Source: Ranitomeya imitator (Eukaryota). Taken from it: 64,000 bases of DNA. Position numbers and translations under genes: made by a program. The DNA is taken from the NCBI RefSeq assembly GCF_032444005.1, contig NC_091291.1, positions 109,430,001 through 109,494,000 on the forward strand. The letters run 5' to 3'. The notes under the pieces are model-generated. The model was not told the origin of the DNA. It saw nothing but the letters and a program-made list of their open reading frames with translations, and made no database searches. Shown one piece after another: positions 1 to 13,500 of this stretch. Numbering within the stretch: position 1 is the stretch's first letter; every line of letters begins with the position of its first letter.

Positions 1-488
1 GGGTCATAAATAAGCTGCAGTTTTGAATGCCACCCTTTAATTTACCATGAAATAGGCAATAAAAAGGGAGGCACAGGGTGGTAGAAGGTGGGTGTAAACT
101 GCAATGATTGGATCTAGCTCTGATCACTGCAGATACAGGAAGGTTCTGGCTATATCACAAGTTGAGTAGGTTACAAGAAGGGCGGAGGAGCAATCATTTA
201 TCTATTAACTCTATGTGTCGGAAACATTTTGATCATTTAGGGGGTCCCCAATTCAGGACTCAACTCTTGGGGCTCGAATTAGCTGCAGACATCTCTATCT
301 CTCTGCAGGAAGTAGCCTGACTATGGCTTGTTGTCAATGGACATAGTGTAAAAATGCAGGGTAATTATTAATACCTTAAGAAGAGTACCTCCAGACTTGG
401 TAGAGGTAGTACACAATGCCTGTGAGAACCTTATAATATTCAGGTATTTACTCTCGTTTCACAAAAACATTTTGATTAATAATTTTAG

Positions 489-1245
489 GTACCGCCTGGC
501 CCCAAAACACAGATGCCCGGCTGCATTTGATGACTGTGTCTTGGCTACAGTTCACTTTCTGAAGACGGCACAAGAACATGGAGTCGATCCTTCTTCTGTT
601 ATAATATGTGGAGACAGTGCCGGGGGCAATCTTACAGCTGGGGTTTGTCAAGCTCTCGTGGGTAGATCAGATATTCCAAAGCCTCTTGCCCAAGTGATGA
701 TATACCCATCGGTCCAGAAGGCGGACTTTAATGTACCATCTTACCAACAAAACAAGATGGTCCCATTGTTACTCCGAGAAAATGCTTTATACTACTCACT
801 GACCTATATAGGTGGTGATCTCTCTTTATCAAAAGAAATGATGAAGGGCAGCCATGTTCCTCCCGACGTAAGACAAAAATTAAGTAAATGGTTGAGTTCT
901 GAAGAATTTAAGGTTGAAGGCTACAAACCTCACATCATGGCGCCCTTTAGTAAAGACGTTTATGAGAAAATTAGGAAAGTTCTTGACCGTCCATGTTCTC
1001 CATTGTTCTCTGATGATGCTGTGATCCGGCAACTACCACAGGCCTACATACTAACATGTGAGTTTGATGTTCTCCGCGATGATGGGATACTCTACAAGAA
1101 ACGGTTGGAGGACAATGGAGTCCCGGTCACATGGTATCATGTTAAAGATGGCTTCCATGGAATTGTTAGCTTTTTTGATCAACCTGATGGGGTGTCTGGA
1201 AAGCTGGCTGTGGATAATGTTATTACTTATATTAAAAACCTTTAA
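489..1245 (+). CDS. AADACL4-like: AADAC-family esterase paralog A, terminal coding exon (exons 1-3 lie upstream of the window)
   Basis: The acceptor ttttag|G at 481-489 gives G|TAC CGC (GYR). The exon has the GDSAG nucleophile, CEFDVLRDDG (Asp) and DGFHG (His) motifs, and ends at TAA 1243-1245. It is 757 nt, the same length as the paralog B last exon. Confidence 0.93.
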
Positions 1246-1601
1246 CTCTTAAAAGTGAAAAAAATTGGTGATTTTAGATGACCCAAAATCTTATTCTGTT
1301 TCAAACGATGAATTTCAGCTTTATTTTTTCAGTTCTATTATAAAATTGTTACCTTTTACTCAAGGGTTTATCTCACTAAAGTTTTGATAGATGAGGTCCA
1401 TACATGATGACATGTGTCAATGTTATCTAATCAGTAGGTTGTTTCGAAAAAAGGTCATATCCGAACCTGAACCTCGTCAATAAAAAAACTACTTGAACTT
1501 CTCCAAGAGTATGAAACTACTCTTCAACCAATAGCAGCATGGTAAGTATCATACATCTATGCCTCTTCACTTGATGTGTCAGTGTTTGGCACAGTGCTTA
1601 A

Positions 1602-1921
1602 AGGGACTCTGTCACCTGAATTTGGAGGGAACAATCTTCAGCCATGGAGGCGGGGTTTTTGATTCACCCTTTCCTTACCCGCTGGCTGCATGCTGGCCGC
1701 ACTATTGGATTGAAGTTCATTCTCTGTCCTCCATAGTACACGCCTGTGCAAGGCAATCTTGCACAGCGCAGGTGTGTACTATGGAGGACAGAGAATGAAC
1801 TTCAATCCAATATTGCAGCCAGCATGCAGCCAGCGGGTAAGGAAAGGGTGAATCAAACACCCAAAAACCCCGCCTCCATGGCTGAAGATTGTTCCCTCCA
1901 AATTCAAGTGACAGTGTCCCT
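1602..1921. mobile_element. TTAA-target palindromic MITE (T2/Kolobok-like)
   Basis: The termini are AGGGAC(T/A)CTGTCAC...GTGACAGTGTCCCT with TTAA on both sides. The element is almost entirely a hairpin, and a second copy lies at 4047-4374. Confidence 0.8.
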
Positions 1922-2208
1922 TTAAAAGAGAAGTAGAAAAGTGCCTGGCATCCAAAACATTGTCAATTTATCATCAATTGTATAAAAATCTGTACTAGAG
2001 CCTTTATCTATCATACATTTAGTTGTGACTTCCTCATATGGAGCATGCACTTTTTTGATTCTCCAGACTCTAGAGCCTGACTTCATTCCCCAACTATCTA
2101 TTAATCCAGAACATTCGATAATCCACTACTGTTGAACACTCGTAAGTGCCTAACAAAAGGAATTTCACCAAACTACTAATTTGTTTTGGTTCAGTTACTC
2201 ACACCTAA

Positions 2209-2941
2209 GGGTATCGTCACACAGTGGCACTTTGGTCGCTAGGACGGCACGATCCGTAACGTTCCAGCGATATCCTTACGATCTCGCTGTGTCTGACACG
2301 CTACTGCGATCAGGGACCCCGCTGAGAATCGTACGTCGTAGCAGATCGTTTGAAACTTTATTTGGTCGCTGGATCTCCCGCTGACATCGCTGAATCGGCG
2401 TGTGTGATGCCGATTCAGCGATGTCTTCACTGGTAACCAGGGTAAACATCAGGTTACTAAGCGCAGGGCCGCGCTTAGCAACCCGATATTTACCCTGGTT
2501 ACCAGTGTAAATGTAAAAAAAAAAAAACACTACATACTTACATTCCCGGTGTCTGGTCATGTCCCTCGCCTTCAGCTTCCCGCACTGACTGGTGAGCGCC
2601 GGCCAGACGTAAAGTACAGCGGTGACGTCGCCGCTCTGCTTTCCGGCTGTCCGGCGCTCACTGTCAGTGCAGAGAAGCACAGCGCCGAGGGACGCGACAG
2701 GAATGTAAGTATGTAGTGTTTTTTTTTTTACGTTTACGCTGGTAACCAGGGTAAACATTGGGTTACTAAGCGCGGCCCTGTGCTTAGTAACCCGATGTTT
2801 ACCCTGGTTACCGGGGACCTCGGGATCGTTGGTCGCTGGAGAGCTGTCTGTGTGACAGCTCTCCAGCGACCAAACAGCGACGCTGCAGCGATCGACATCG
2901 TTGTCGTATCGCTGCAGCGTCGTTTTAGGGTGACGGTACCC
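2209..2941. mobile_element. PIF/Harbinger-like MITE with nested internal palindromes
   Basis: The termini are GGGTATCGTCAC...GTGACGGTACCC with TAA/TTA flanks. Internal GGTAACCAGGGTAAAC...GTTTACCCTGGTTACC hairpins are shared with 36629-37068 and 60162-60958. Confidence 0.75.
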
Positions 2942-2989
2942 TTAGTGATCTTTCAGATGTGCTAGTGTTCACCATAGGTCATTCGTTAA

Positions 2990-4900
2990 TGTGGTCTATG
3001 ATCTTTTTGAGCTTTCTTACAGTCTTATCGTATACATAACGTAATTCCATGGGGACCTCAAATCTGTTGTTTTATTACAAATGTCCCCCAATGGCAGGGG
3101 GACAGCTTTAATGCCCATAGGGATGAAACCCTATTACTGATTGAGGAAAAATTTGACATCGGATTGAACACATCTATAACTTCCACTCTATGAAACTGGT
3201 ATACTTGGCCCAATGCAATAATTCTCCAACCCAAAGGTTACAGGAACTTGCTGCCTTGGACCTTAGGTGTGACCTTCTTAATGTACAGTTCCTCTAAGAG
3301 GACATGGGAAATATAGCGAGATAATTTTGAGGCCTACTCCCTAATGCTGGCCCCTAGAGGTTTGCACTATGGACCTTTGTCAGTTCCAGGAGTCTATGCA
3401 GGGCCATCACCACTATTTTTTCCTGATTATGGACTATAAACCTCCCAACGAGGTTTCCCAAGTTGCCACCTCATTTCTATCTGAGGATATTAAGCCTGCT
3501 TTCATCAGCCAGCAGAGAGCTAGGAATAAATGTCCAACTCAATCTCCAATCTACCTAGAGGAAACTCTGAGTCAGCCTCACTATGTTTTGGTAAAGGACT
3601 GCAATGGGAACATTGGCGTACAAGAAATCAGCGGATTCAGGATAAGAGAGAGGCAAGTGAAGCTGGAAGCACCAGATATTGCAGTAGGGGCAGTCACATA
3701 CAAGAGCAGCAGAGAAGTACATGCAGTACAGAACTTCAGCAGTAATATGATTAACAGCCGAGACATATATGCAATCAAGGACTTGCAGTAGGGATATGGT
3801 TAAAAAACAGAAACGCAAATGCAATTTGTTAACTTGGTTGCAAGAGGCGATTACACACAGAAATAATATACGTATAGGCTATCTGGTAACTTGCTTGCAG
3901 AGCCAAAGGTGTAAACAGCCCAAGTATTAGCAGATATCTGACTGAGCAAGGAAATAGTTGCAGATTGCAGGATAGCAGACTGGTGTTTGCTGGTGCGTTC
4001 ATTATTCACCTGGATGTATCTGAAAGGCTGCAACAAACTCCTTTAAAGGGACACTGTCACCTGAATTTGGAGGGAACAATCTTCAGCCATGGAGGCGGGG
4101 TTTTCAGGTGTTTGATTCACCCTTTCCTTACCCGCTGGCTGCATGCTGGCTGCAATATTGGATTGAAGTTCATTCTCTGTCCTCCATAGTACACGCCTGT
4201 GCAAGGCAAGATTGCCTTGTGCAGGCATGTACTACGGAGGACAGAGAATGAACTTCAATCCAATATTGCAGCCAGCATGCAGCCAGCGGGTAAGGAAAGG
4301 GTGAATCAAACACCTGAAAACCCCGCCTCCATGGCTGAAGATTGTTCCCTCCAAATTCAGGTGACAGTGTCCCTTTAAATATCCTAGTAAATGGATGCAA
4401 TGCTTCCTGAATACTCAGTCACACATGGATGCCTGAGCCAGCCTTAACACGCCTTGGGTGATGACCTTAAAGATGGTTTCATGGTTTTCAAAGTAACCTG
4501 GCACAGGCTAGTACAAAGGGAGACGGCTATAAGAGAAGGGAGCAAGGCCCAATGTTGGAGTCGGGATAGGTGAGTAACAGTTTTACTTTGAAAGACCCCA
4601 GAGGTGGATGCAGCCAAGGGACATTTAAGGGAAAAGTTGTCCAAGAAGCTGGCTGTTGACCTGACCAAGACGTGAATGGCTAGGATGAGGAAAGTTTGGT
4701 CATAAAAAGTCCTATCATTTTAGATCTGCTAAGTCATACAAAGTGACCATGTTTACTCCTTTTGGGCTGATGTCAGATGTGCCTGAACAACCAAAGGTCA
4801 GCTAGATATATCCATGGGCAACTGACAGGAGAAACCAAATTACCACTCGGTGAAAACCACTGCTGCTTTTCTTAGGATCAAGTTTGTACCTCTGCGATGT
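2990..4900 (-). mobile_element. Possible degenerate L1-type LINE ORF2 3' remnant, interrupted by a MITE
   Basis: There is patchy resemblance of minus-strand translations to L1 ORF2 C-terminal motifs, with many stops and no intact motif. Support is weak. Confidence 0.3.
4047..4374. mobile_element. TTAA-target palindromic MITE, same family as 1602-1921
   Basis: It has the same termini and a TTAA TSD, and the interior is near-identical. Confidence 0.8.
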
Positions 4901-5885
4901 CTGACAATATAACTGCTGTGCTGAAGTATGTGAGTTTATATTCCCTTAGTTACCTGTCGGGTTTACCTAACATGACACACTACCGTACTGGCGGGAGCAA
5001 CCCTTCATTTCACTGTTTTGTGTGTAAGGATAGCGGGAAGAAGAGATTAGTGGACCAACTTAAAAAAGAAAAAAACACTACATTTTGGTATGAATTTGCC
5101 ACAAAAATTTTAATTCGCCATTTGGACGCCATTTTGGATTCTTTTGAGCTCTCAGAAGGGCTTACAATTTAATAAAAGATTATACTTGCTTGTCCACGTC
5201 TACCCATCCTCCTGCGTCAACTCCCCACCCAGACTTTCATGTTCTGCTGCTAGTTTGGCTTCATGGGGTCACGTAAGGCACAATGTGCATCACTGGCATC
5301 AATATAATGCCACAAACTGGTAACACCTAGTTGTCAATATTTCCAGGAAAATTAATATTTAATTTTGCAGTGGCAGCCAATATATCCAGGGGTATTCCCC
5401 TCCTAATCGCCAGCATGTCACACTCATGTAGTAGGGTCCCAGATATTTTCTTAAAACTGTGCATTATACCTTTTCTTTGGTATTGCTATTATCAATAAAT
5501 TGTAGTAATAGCAAATAGTGGGATAAAAACATAATATTTATTATGTAAAATCTAAAATAAATATAGGAGGTCCACTCCTGGCCAATAACCAAAACACACC
5601 AAAAAAGTAGCACACAACTTATAAATAATAAGAAACGCCCTGTTAAGCAGCACCCCAAAGTTACAAAACACCGGTTGGTGTATTAATGCTTAAGCAAAAC
5701 ATTGAAGGTGTGCATATAAAAAGGATAACTCAAATAAATATCATTATATTGAGTATAGATAAGTAATAATCTCACCACAATATGAAGATACATCCTCAGT
5801 TGTTCCCTGGCGACCCCTCATTTGCATGGAGGAAGGGTCAAGTCCGAACCCAAACTTGCCTAACATCAGAGATTCCAATTGTGGT

Positions 5886-6009
5886 CTCCCGATGCGTTTC
5901 CTCAGTTAAGATTCATCAGGGGGAGTAAAAAAGTATGGTCGTGCCTGGTCCCAGGCTAGTACTATATTGGCTCCCCTGATGAATCTTAAATGAGGAAACA
6001 CGTCAGAAG
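5886..6009. ncRNA. Inverted pair of degenerate minimal hammerhead ribozyme motifs (Penelope-like pLTR)
   Basis: The minus copy reads CTCCCC-CTGATGA-ATCTTAACTGAG-GAAA-CGCATC-GGGAG. The plus copy reads CTCCC-CTGATGA-ATCTTAAATGAG-GAAA-CACGTC-AGAAG. Stem II is weak, and each copy has a defect. Confidence 0.5.
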
Positions 6010-6613
6010 ATGACAATTGAATATGCAGATCAATTATCGGAAAGTGGAGCTGAGCACCTTATAGGTTGAAGGGTAGGATGCAGTGCCCCTTACTTTCTAA
6101 GAGGCCCCGAGAATGGTGGTTATAGCAGACTTATGAGGCAGCAGGTTGACTTGAACAGGGGCGAAACAGTTGGTGCTTGCAACAAAAGGTTGACACTTGC
6201 GGCAATTTGTAATGTTCCACCATTCTGCGGATGTCTCTGTGCCTCTGTTTCAGCAGGTCACACTCTCTATATTGGTCACTCACAACTCCTCTCCTGGTCA
6301 CCTTTCAATGGCAGCATTATTCTGGAATATATTGGTTTATCAATTTTGCACACTGGTGCAGCCTACTCTCACAATCATCCATGACAAAAGCAACATACTG
6401 ACTAAGGATTGGCATTTCTATTCACACGTCACCTTCCAGACTTTTCAGGTGATTATCTTTACAGACGGATATACTCTTCACTGTCAGGAACGAGAATCTG
6501 CTCCCTGTGAAAATCTGTGCCCAATATTGGGGGTACCTAAGGCTGTTGAGCATGCTACCCAACTGCATGAGGATATTTTTGATCCTGAGGATTATCTCTC
6601 CTGAAAACTCTAA

Positions 6614-6934
6614 GGCCTTCTTCAGACGTCCAATTTTTCCACGTACGAGAAGATAGGAGCGATTATTCCGATCAGAGTGTGGTCAGAGTGTCATCCAATT
6701 TTCTCATGCGTGAAGTCATTGAAGAAAATACTTTCTCCACCTTCTCCATTCTGACAGTCCGTGAAAATCAGATTTTTTTTTTTAATGGACCAATTGACTT
6801 GGATTTTTTAATTTTTGATCCGATACGTCTCTGCCATTTTGCTCTCACCGACTTGTGACTTGCCCCATTAACTATCACAGGTGCGAGTGCTATCCATGAA
6901 AATCAGAGCAAAATTCGGATGTCTGAATGAGGCC
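6614..6934. mobile_element. PIF/Harbinger-like MITE
   Basis: The termini are TAA|GGCCTTCTTCAGACGTCC...GGATGTCTGAATGAGGCC|CAA. Confidence 0.65.
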
Positions 6935-7362
6935 CAACTGTGACCTCATCACTCTCTCCTCAAGGCAATGGAATAATTCCGTCTGTTGAAAATATATTGC
7001 ATCCTAAAACTTTTAAAGGACAACTCAGATAAAGCAATGACATTGTGTAAGTGGCACAATGGACACGTCACAATGCAGAGCTACAAAACATACAACTGAG
7101 GAGCGTTATTCTATAGGGAACAGACCGGTTGGGACAGACCACAGGCTGTTTATAAATTACATGGAGCACTGGGCTTAAGGGGGTTAAATGCATATACGAT
7201 ATGTCCCCAATGAGTTGTCCTTATAGAGACGACATTCTTGCACGTTAATATTTGGCTAATATAAACATCTGGTGGCACTTCTCCTTTAAGAGACTGCTTA
7301 GATACAAAACCCAGAGGAGAAACAGGAAGTCACAGGAGGACAAAGTATCAGAAACCGTGAAA

Positions 7363-7539
7363 ATGTTTGGAGTATTAGCTTCTCCGCTTTGTGCAATCAG
7401 CGTTTTTCTTCTTTTATGTCTTCTGATGTTTTTGGGGATAACTTGGTATGAATCCTCAAAAGCGGAGTACCCCCCGGGGATTGCAAATCCTGAATTACTT
7501 CGGAGATTTTATACATTTTTGACAGGCGTTCTCCTCCTG
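7363..7539 (+). CDS. AADACL4-like: AADAC-family esterase paralog B, exon 1 (N-terminal hydrophobic anchor)
   Basis: ATG at 7363 starts MFGVLASPLCAISVFLLLCLLMFLGITWYE. The donor is CTG|GTGAGT. The exon is 177 nt, phase 0, the same size as paralog C exon 1. Confidence 0.85.
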
Positions 7540-8149
7540 GTGAGTTCATGACCGGAATCTGATTTGTGTTGCTTCTTCCTACAAACCTCACAATCCCCGC
7601 TTTACATGCAATTCTACTTCTGCTACTGGGATCAGATGTTACACTGAAGCCATTGGGATTTTATGTTGTTGAAAACCCTGCAGTTTTTATGGCATTTTAT
7701 GTTTTCGTTGTGTTTTCCCATAAACTTCAGTAGAGACAACGGCTTCTATGAAAATCATTTCCAAACGCTACATCGTGTAGTACCGCAATATGACAGGCAA
7801 ATAAATTTTTTATAAAATTATTACTGGGCTGTTACCAAGGCAAAATATAATAAGTTCTTTTGGAATTTTTGTGTTGCATTTTTTGTTATGTGGAAATGTG
7901 CAGCTGGCGGCTTTCCTGTAAATTGTACTTGGAAGTGTCCAGTGGGAAACATAGAAATCAGGGGTCCCCATAGCACTTGCATGAATTGTGTGAATTGTGC
8001 ACGGCTTCCTAACATACAATTGTACAGTAAAGTCAGGCAGGATCACATCATGTAGGCGCAGTCACACAAGAGCATAAGTCCAACAGACAAGGAAGAGGAA
8101 CATGTAAAGTGGCGCACAAAATAGTGCCCTAATGAAGCCCCTCCTTGTT

Positions 8150-11100
8150 CCCACCCATTATGACACCCATTTCATGGCCTCCATGCAGTATGATGCTCCC
8201 ATGAAGCGCATCCACCAAGCATGATACGTACATAGTGCCCCTCAAACATGATGCCCTCACAATTTCCCCAAACACACTGTAATGCCCCCAGAATGCTGAC
8301 ACATGACGCCCCAACAGTTCCCCCTACACAGGATGATGCCCCCATTGTGATCTGACACACAATGCTCCCAAAGTTCCCCTTATATAGTATGATGCCCCAA
8401 TAGTGCTGTGACACACAATGCCCTCACAGTTCCCCTTACACAGTATGATGCCCTATAGTGCTGTGACACACGATGCCCTCACAGTTCCCCTTACACAGTA
8501 TGATGCCCCATAGTGCTGTGACACATGATGCCCTCACAGTTCCCCTTACACAGCGTGATGCCCCATAGTGCTGTGACACACAATGCCCTCACAGGTCCCC
8601 TTACACAGTATGATGCCCAAAAGTGCTCTGACACACAATGCCCTCACAGTTCCCCTTACACAGTATGATGCCTCGTAGAGCTGTGACACACGATGCTCTG
8701 ACACACCATGCCCTCACAGTTCCCCTTAAACAGTATGATGCCCCAATAGTGCCGTGACACACGATGCCCTCACAGTTCCCCTTACACAGTATGATGCCTC
8801 ATAGTGTTGTGACACACAATGCCCTCACAGTTCCCCTTACACAGTATGATGCCCAATAGTGCTCTGACACAATGCCTCCTCAGTTCCTTTTACACAGCGT
8901 GATGCCCAAATATTGCTCTGACACACCATGCCCTCACAGTTCCCCTTACACAGTATGATGCCCCAATAGTGCCGTGACACACGATGCCCTCACAGTTCCC
9001 CTTACACAGTATGATGCCCCAAAACTGCTGTGACACATGATGCCCTCACAGTTCCCCTTACACAGTATGATGCCCCAATAGTGCCGTGACACACGATGCC
9101 CTCACAGTTCCCCTTACACAGTATGATGCCTCAAAAGTGCTGTGACACATGATGCCCTCACAGTTCCCCTTACACAGTATGATTACCTATAGTGCTGTAA
9201 CAGACGATGCCCTCACAGTTCCCCTACACAGTGTGATGCGGTGTAGTGCTGTGATACATGATGCCCTCACAGTTCCCCTTACACAGTATGATGCCCCAAT
9301 AGTGCTCTGACAGACGATGCCCTCACAGTTCCCCTTACACAGTATGATTACCTATAGTGCTGTAACACACGATGCCCTCACAGTTCCCCTACACAGTGTG
9401 ATGCGGTGTAGTGCTGTGATACATGATGCCCTCACAGTTCCCCTTACACAGTATGATGCCCCAATAGTGCTCTGACAGACGATGCCCTCACAGTTCCCCT
9501 TACACAGTATGATGCCCCAATAGTGCTCTGACACACGATGCCCTCACAGTTCCCCTTACACAGTATGATGCCCCAATAGTGCTCTGACAAACGATGCCCT
9601 CACAGTTCCCCTACACAGTGTGATGCGGTGTAGTGCTGTGATACATGATGCCCTCACAGTTCCCCTTACACAGTATGATGCCCCAATAGTGCTCTGACAG
9701 ACGATGCCCTCACAGTTCCCCTTACACAGTATGATGCCCCAATAGTGCTCTGACAGACGATGCCCTCACAGTTCCCCTTACACAGTATGATGCCCCAAAA
9801 GTGCTGTGACACATGATGCCCTCACAGTTCCCCTTACACAGTATGATGCCCTATAGTGCTGTGACACACGATGCCCTCACAGTTCCCCTTACACAGTATG
9901 ATGCCCCAAAAGTGCTGTGACACATGATGCCCTCACAGTTCCCCTTACACAGTATGATGCCCTATAGTGCTGTGACACACGATGCCCTCACAGTTCCCCT
10001 TACACAGTATGATGCTCCAAAGTGCTGTGACACATGATGCCCTCACAGTTCCCCTTACACAGCATGATGCCCCATAGTGCTGTGACACACAATGCCCTCA
10101 CAGGTCCCCTTACACAGTATGATTCCCCAATAATGCTCTGACACACGATGCCCTCACAGTTCCCCTTACACAGTATGATGCCTCATAGTGCTGTGACACA
10201 CGATGCCCTCACAGTTCCCCTTACGCAGTGTGATGCCCAAAAGTGCTCTGACACACAATGCCCTCACAGTTCCCCTTACACAGTATGATGCCTCATAGTG
10301 TTGTGACACACAATGCCCTCACAGTTCCCCTTACACAGTATGATGCCCAATAGTGCTCTGACACAATGCCTCCTCAGTTCCTTTTACACAGCGTGATGCC
10401 CAAATATTGCTCTGACACACCATGCCCTCACAGTTCCCCTTACACAGTATGATGCCCCAATAGTGCCGTGACACACGATGCCCTCACAGTTCCCCTTACA
10501 CAGTATGATGCCCCAAAACTGCTGTGACACATGATGCCCTCACAGTTCCCCTTACACAGTATGATGCCCCAATAGTGCCGTGACACACGATGCCCTCACA
10601 GTTCCCCTTACACAGTATGATGCCTCAAAAGTGCTGTGACACATGATGCCCTCACAGTTCCCCTTACACAGTATGATTACCTATAGTGCTGTAACACACG
10701 ATGCCCTCACAGTTCCCCTACACAGTGTGATGCGGTGTAGTGCTGTGATACATGATGCCCTCACAGTTCCCCTTACACAGTATGATGCCCCAATAGTGCT
10801 CTGACAGACGATGCCCTCACAGTTCCCCTTACACAGTATGATTACCTATAGTGCTGTAACACACGATGCCCTCACAGTTCCCCTACACAGTGTGATGCGG
10901 TGTAGTGCTGTGATACATGATGCCCTCACAGTTCCCCTTACACAGTATGATGCCCCAATAGTGCTCTGACAGACGATGCCCTCACAGTTCCCCTTACACA
11001 GTATGATGCCCCAATAGTGCTCTGACACACGATGCCCTCACAGTTCCCCTTACAAAGTAAGATGCCCCATAGTGCTGTGACACACGATGCCCTCACAGTT

Positions 11101-12280
11101 CCTCTTCACTGTATTATGCCCCAATAGTGCTCTGACACATGATGCCCTCACAGTTCCCCTTGCACAGTATGATGCCTCATAGTGCTCTGACACACGATGT
11201 CCTCACAGTTCCCCTTACACAGTATGATGCCCAATAGTTCTCTGACACAATGCCTCCACAGTTCTTTTTACACACCGCAATGCCCCAATAGTGCTCTGAC
11301 ACACAATGCCCTCACAATTCCCCTTACACAGTATGATGCCTCATAGTGCTGTGACACACGATGCCCTCACAGTTCCCCTTACACAGTATTATACCCCAAT
11401 AGTGCTGTGACACATGATGCCCTCACAGTTCCCCTTACACAGTATGATGCCCCAATAGTGCTGTGACACATAATGCCCTAACAATTCCCCTTACACAGTA
11501 TGATGCCTCATAGTGCTGTGACACACGATGCCCTCACAGTTCCCCTTACACAGTATTATACCCCAATAGTGCTGTGACACATGATGCCCTCACAGTTCCC
11601 CTTACACAGTATGATGCCCTATAGTGCTGTAACACACGATGCCCTCACAGTTCCCCCTACACAGTATGATGCCCAATAATGCTCTGATACACGATGCCCT
11701 CACTGTTCCCCTTACACAGTGTGATGCGGTGTAGTGCTGTGATACATGACGCCCTCACAGTTCCCCTTACATAGTATGATGCCCCAATAGTGCTCTGACA
11801 CACGATGCCCTCACAGTTCCCCTTACACAGTATGATTCCCCAATATTGCTCTGACACACGATGCCCTCACAGTTCCCCTTACACAGTATGATGCCCCATA
11901 GTGCTGTGACACACGATGCCCTCACAGTTCCCCTTACACTGTATTATGCCCCAATAGTGCTCTGACACATGATGCCCTCACAGTTCCCCTTGCACAGTAT
12001 GATGCCTCCTAGTGCTGTGACACATGATGCCCTCACAGTTCCCCTTACGCAGTGTGATGCCCAATAGTGCTCTGACACACGATGCCCTCACAGTTCCCCT
12101 TACACAGTATGATGCCCGATAGTGCTGATATATAACGCCCTCACAGTTCCCCTTTACACAGTATGATGCCCCAAGTTTTCCCCCATCCACATTATGATGA
12201 CCTTAACATTCCCCAACACAATATGAAATCCTCACCATGCCCCTTACACATTATGATGCTCCACAGTGCTCCCTAACGCA
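8150..12280. repeat. Minisatellite, 55-56 bp unit (GATGCCCTCACAGTTCCCCTTACACAGTATGATGCCCCAATAGTGCTCTGACACAC), in paralog B intron 1
   Basis: The tandem periodicity is directly visible, with about 70 units. It is homogeneous from ~8385 to 12170 and has degenerate edges. Confidence 0.97.
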
Positions 12281-12663
12281 GTATATAAAATCCAAATAAG
12301 AGTCCACTGACAAAATAAAAAAAGCTACTCATGTAGCCCTGTTCCCACACTGAGCTGCTCTGCTTTGTGCTGAACCGAGATGTAGATGCATATGGGGAAG
12401 GGCGTTGACATCTCCCTGCTCCACCAGTTTCTTCATCTCTATCTGTGTCCTGAGGAAGCAGATTCCATTGAGGTCCTTATTAAGCTGTCATTTCATGTTC
12501 TTGGACCGACCTGCCATCTGGCTGAGACTTGCATCGATAATATGCCCATCTGAAAAAAATGGTGATGCACATCTCTGCCAACCAGAAACTATAGTGGTCA
12601 CATGTAACGAAAGGTCATCATAGGGTGCCAGGATGCACTGAGACTGGCATAGAAGCCCTGTTA

Positions 12664-13055
12664 AGGTACCGTCTCACAGTGGCACTTTGGTCGCTACGAC
12701 GGCACGATCCGTGACGTTCCAGCATTGCTCCATTATCGCTCCAGCGTTGTAGACTGCGGTCAAACTTCGCAATGCACGACGCTGGAGCGATAATTTCATG
12801 ACGTATTTGCGATGTAGAATCAGCAGAGGAGGTGGAGAATATCGTGCACACCTTTGTTACACGATGCGATCATGCCGCCACAGCGGGACACTTGACGACG
12901 AAAGAAAGTTTCAAACGATCTGCTACGACGTACGATTCTCAGCGGGGTCCCTGATCGCAGTAGCGTGTCAGACACAGCGAGATCGTAAGTATATCGCTGG
13001 AACGTCACGGATCGTGCCGTCGTAGCGACCAAAATGCCACTGTGAGACGGTACCC
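12664..13055. mobile_element. PIF/Harbinger-like MITE
   Basis: The termini are TTA|AGGTACCGTCTCACAGTGGCA...TGCCACTGTGAGACGGTACCC|TTA, with long terminal inverted repeats. Confidence 0.8.
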
Positions 13056-13058
13056 TTA

Positions 13059-13500
13059 GAGTAAGTTCACACTGGCCGTTTTTGCTGCTTTTTTTCTGCA
13101 GCAAAACCTGATTTCTTGGCAGGAAACAAGCTGTTGCAAAAACGCCGGTTTAGGTGCATTTTTGGTGCGGTTTTGTGTCTCTTTGTCAATACTAATGGCC
13201 ATGACTTTTCTGCAGAGAAAATGCTGCAAATAATGATACCTGCGTTTTTGCCGCATTTTTTCAACACCCATTCAAGCCAATGGGTGAAAAACGATGCAAA
13301 AACACTGCAAAAACGCTGAAAGAAGTGACATGCTCTATATCCAAAAAAAAAAAGCAGCAAAGCACAAAATCCTGATGACACAAAAAACCAATGTGTGTGC
13401 ATGAGATCTCTGAAATCTCATAGACTTTGCTGGTACTGTAAAAAGCAGCTCAAAATTAGCATAAAAAAGCAGCAAAAAAAAGCCCAGTGTGAACTTACCC
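13059..13500. mobile_element. PIF/Harbinger-like MITE abutting the previous one
   Basis: The termini are TTA|GAGTAAGTTCACACTGG...CCAGTGTGAACTTACCC|TTA. Confidence 0.78.

Noticed and set aside
397-488. 5' extension of the 282-aa ORF (likewise 7252, 28494, 39861, 43211, 59132 starts)
   Set aside because: These lie upstream of clear splice acceptors or of the homology-supported ATG, so they are intronic or UTR sequence.
3369-3791. 140-aa plus-strand ORF
   Set aside because: It has no recognisable domain or splice context, and is probably the antisense of a decayed LINE.
8150-12280. CRISPR-like regular repeat
   Set aside because: There are no unique spacers and no cas genes, and the context is eukaryotic. 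It is a plain minisatellite.
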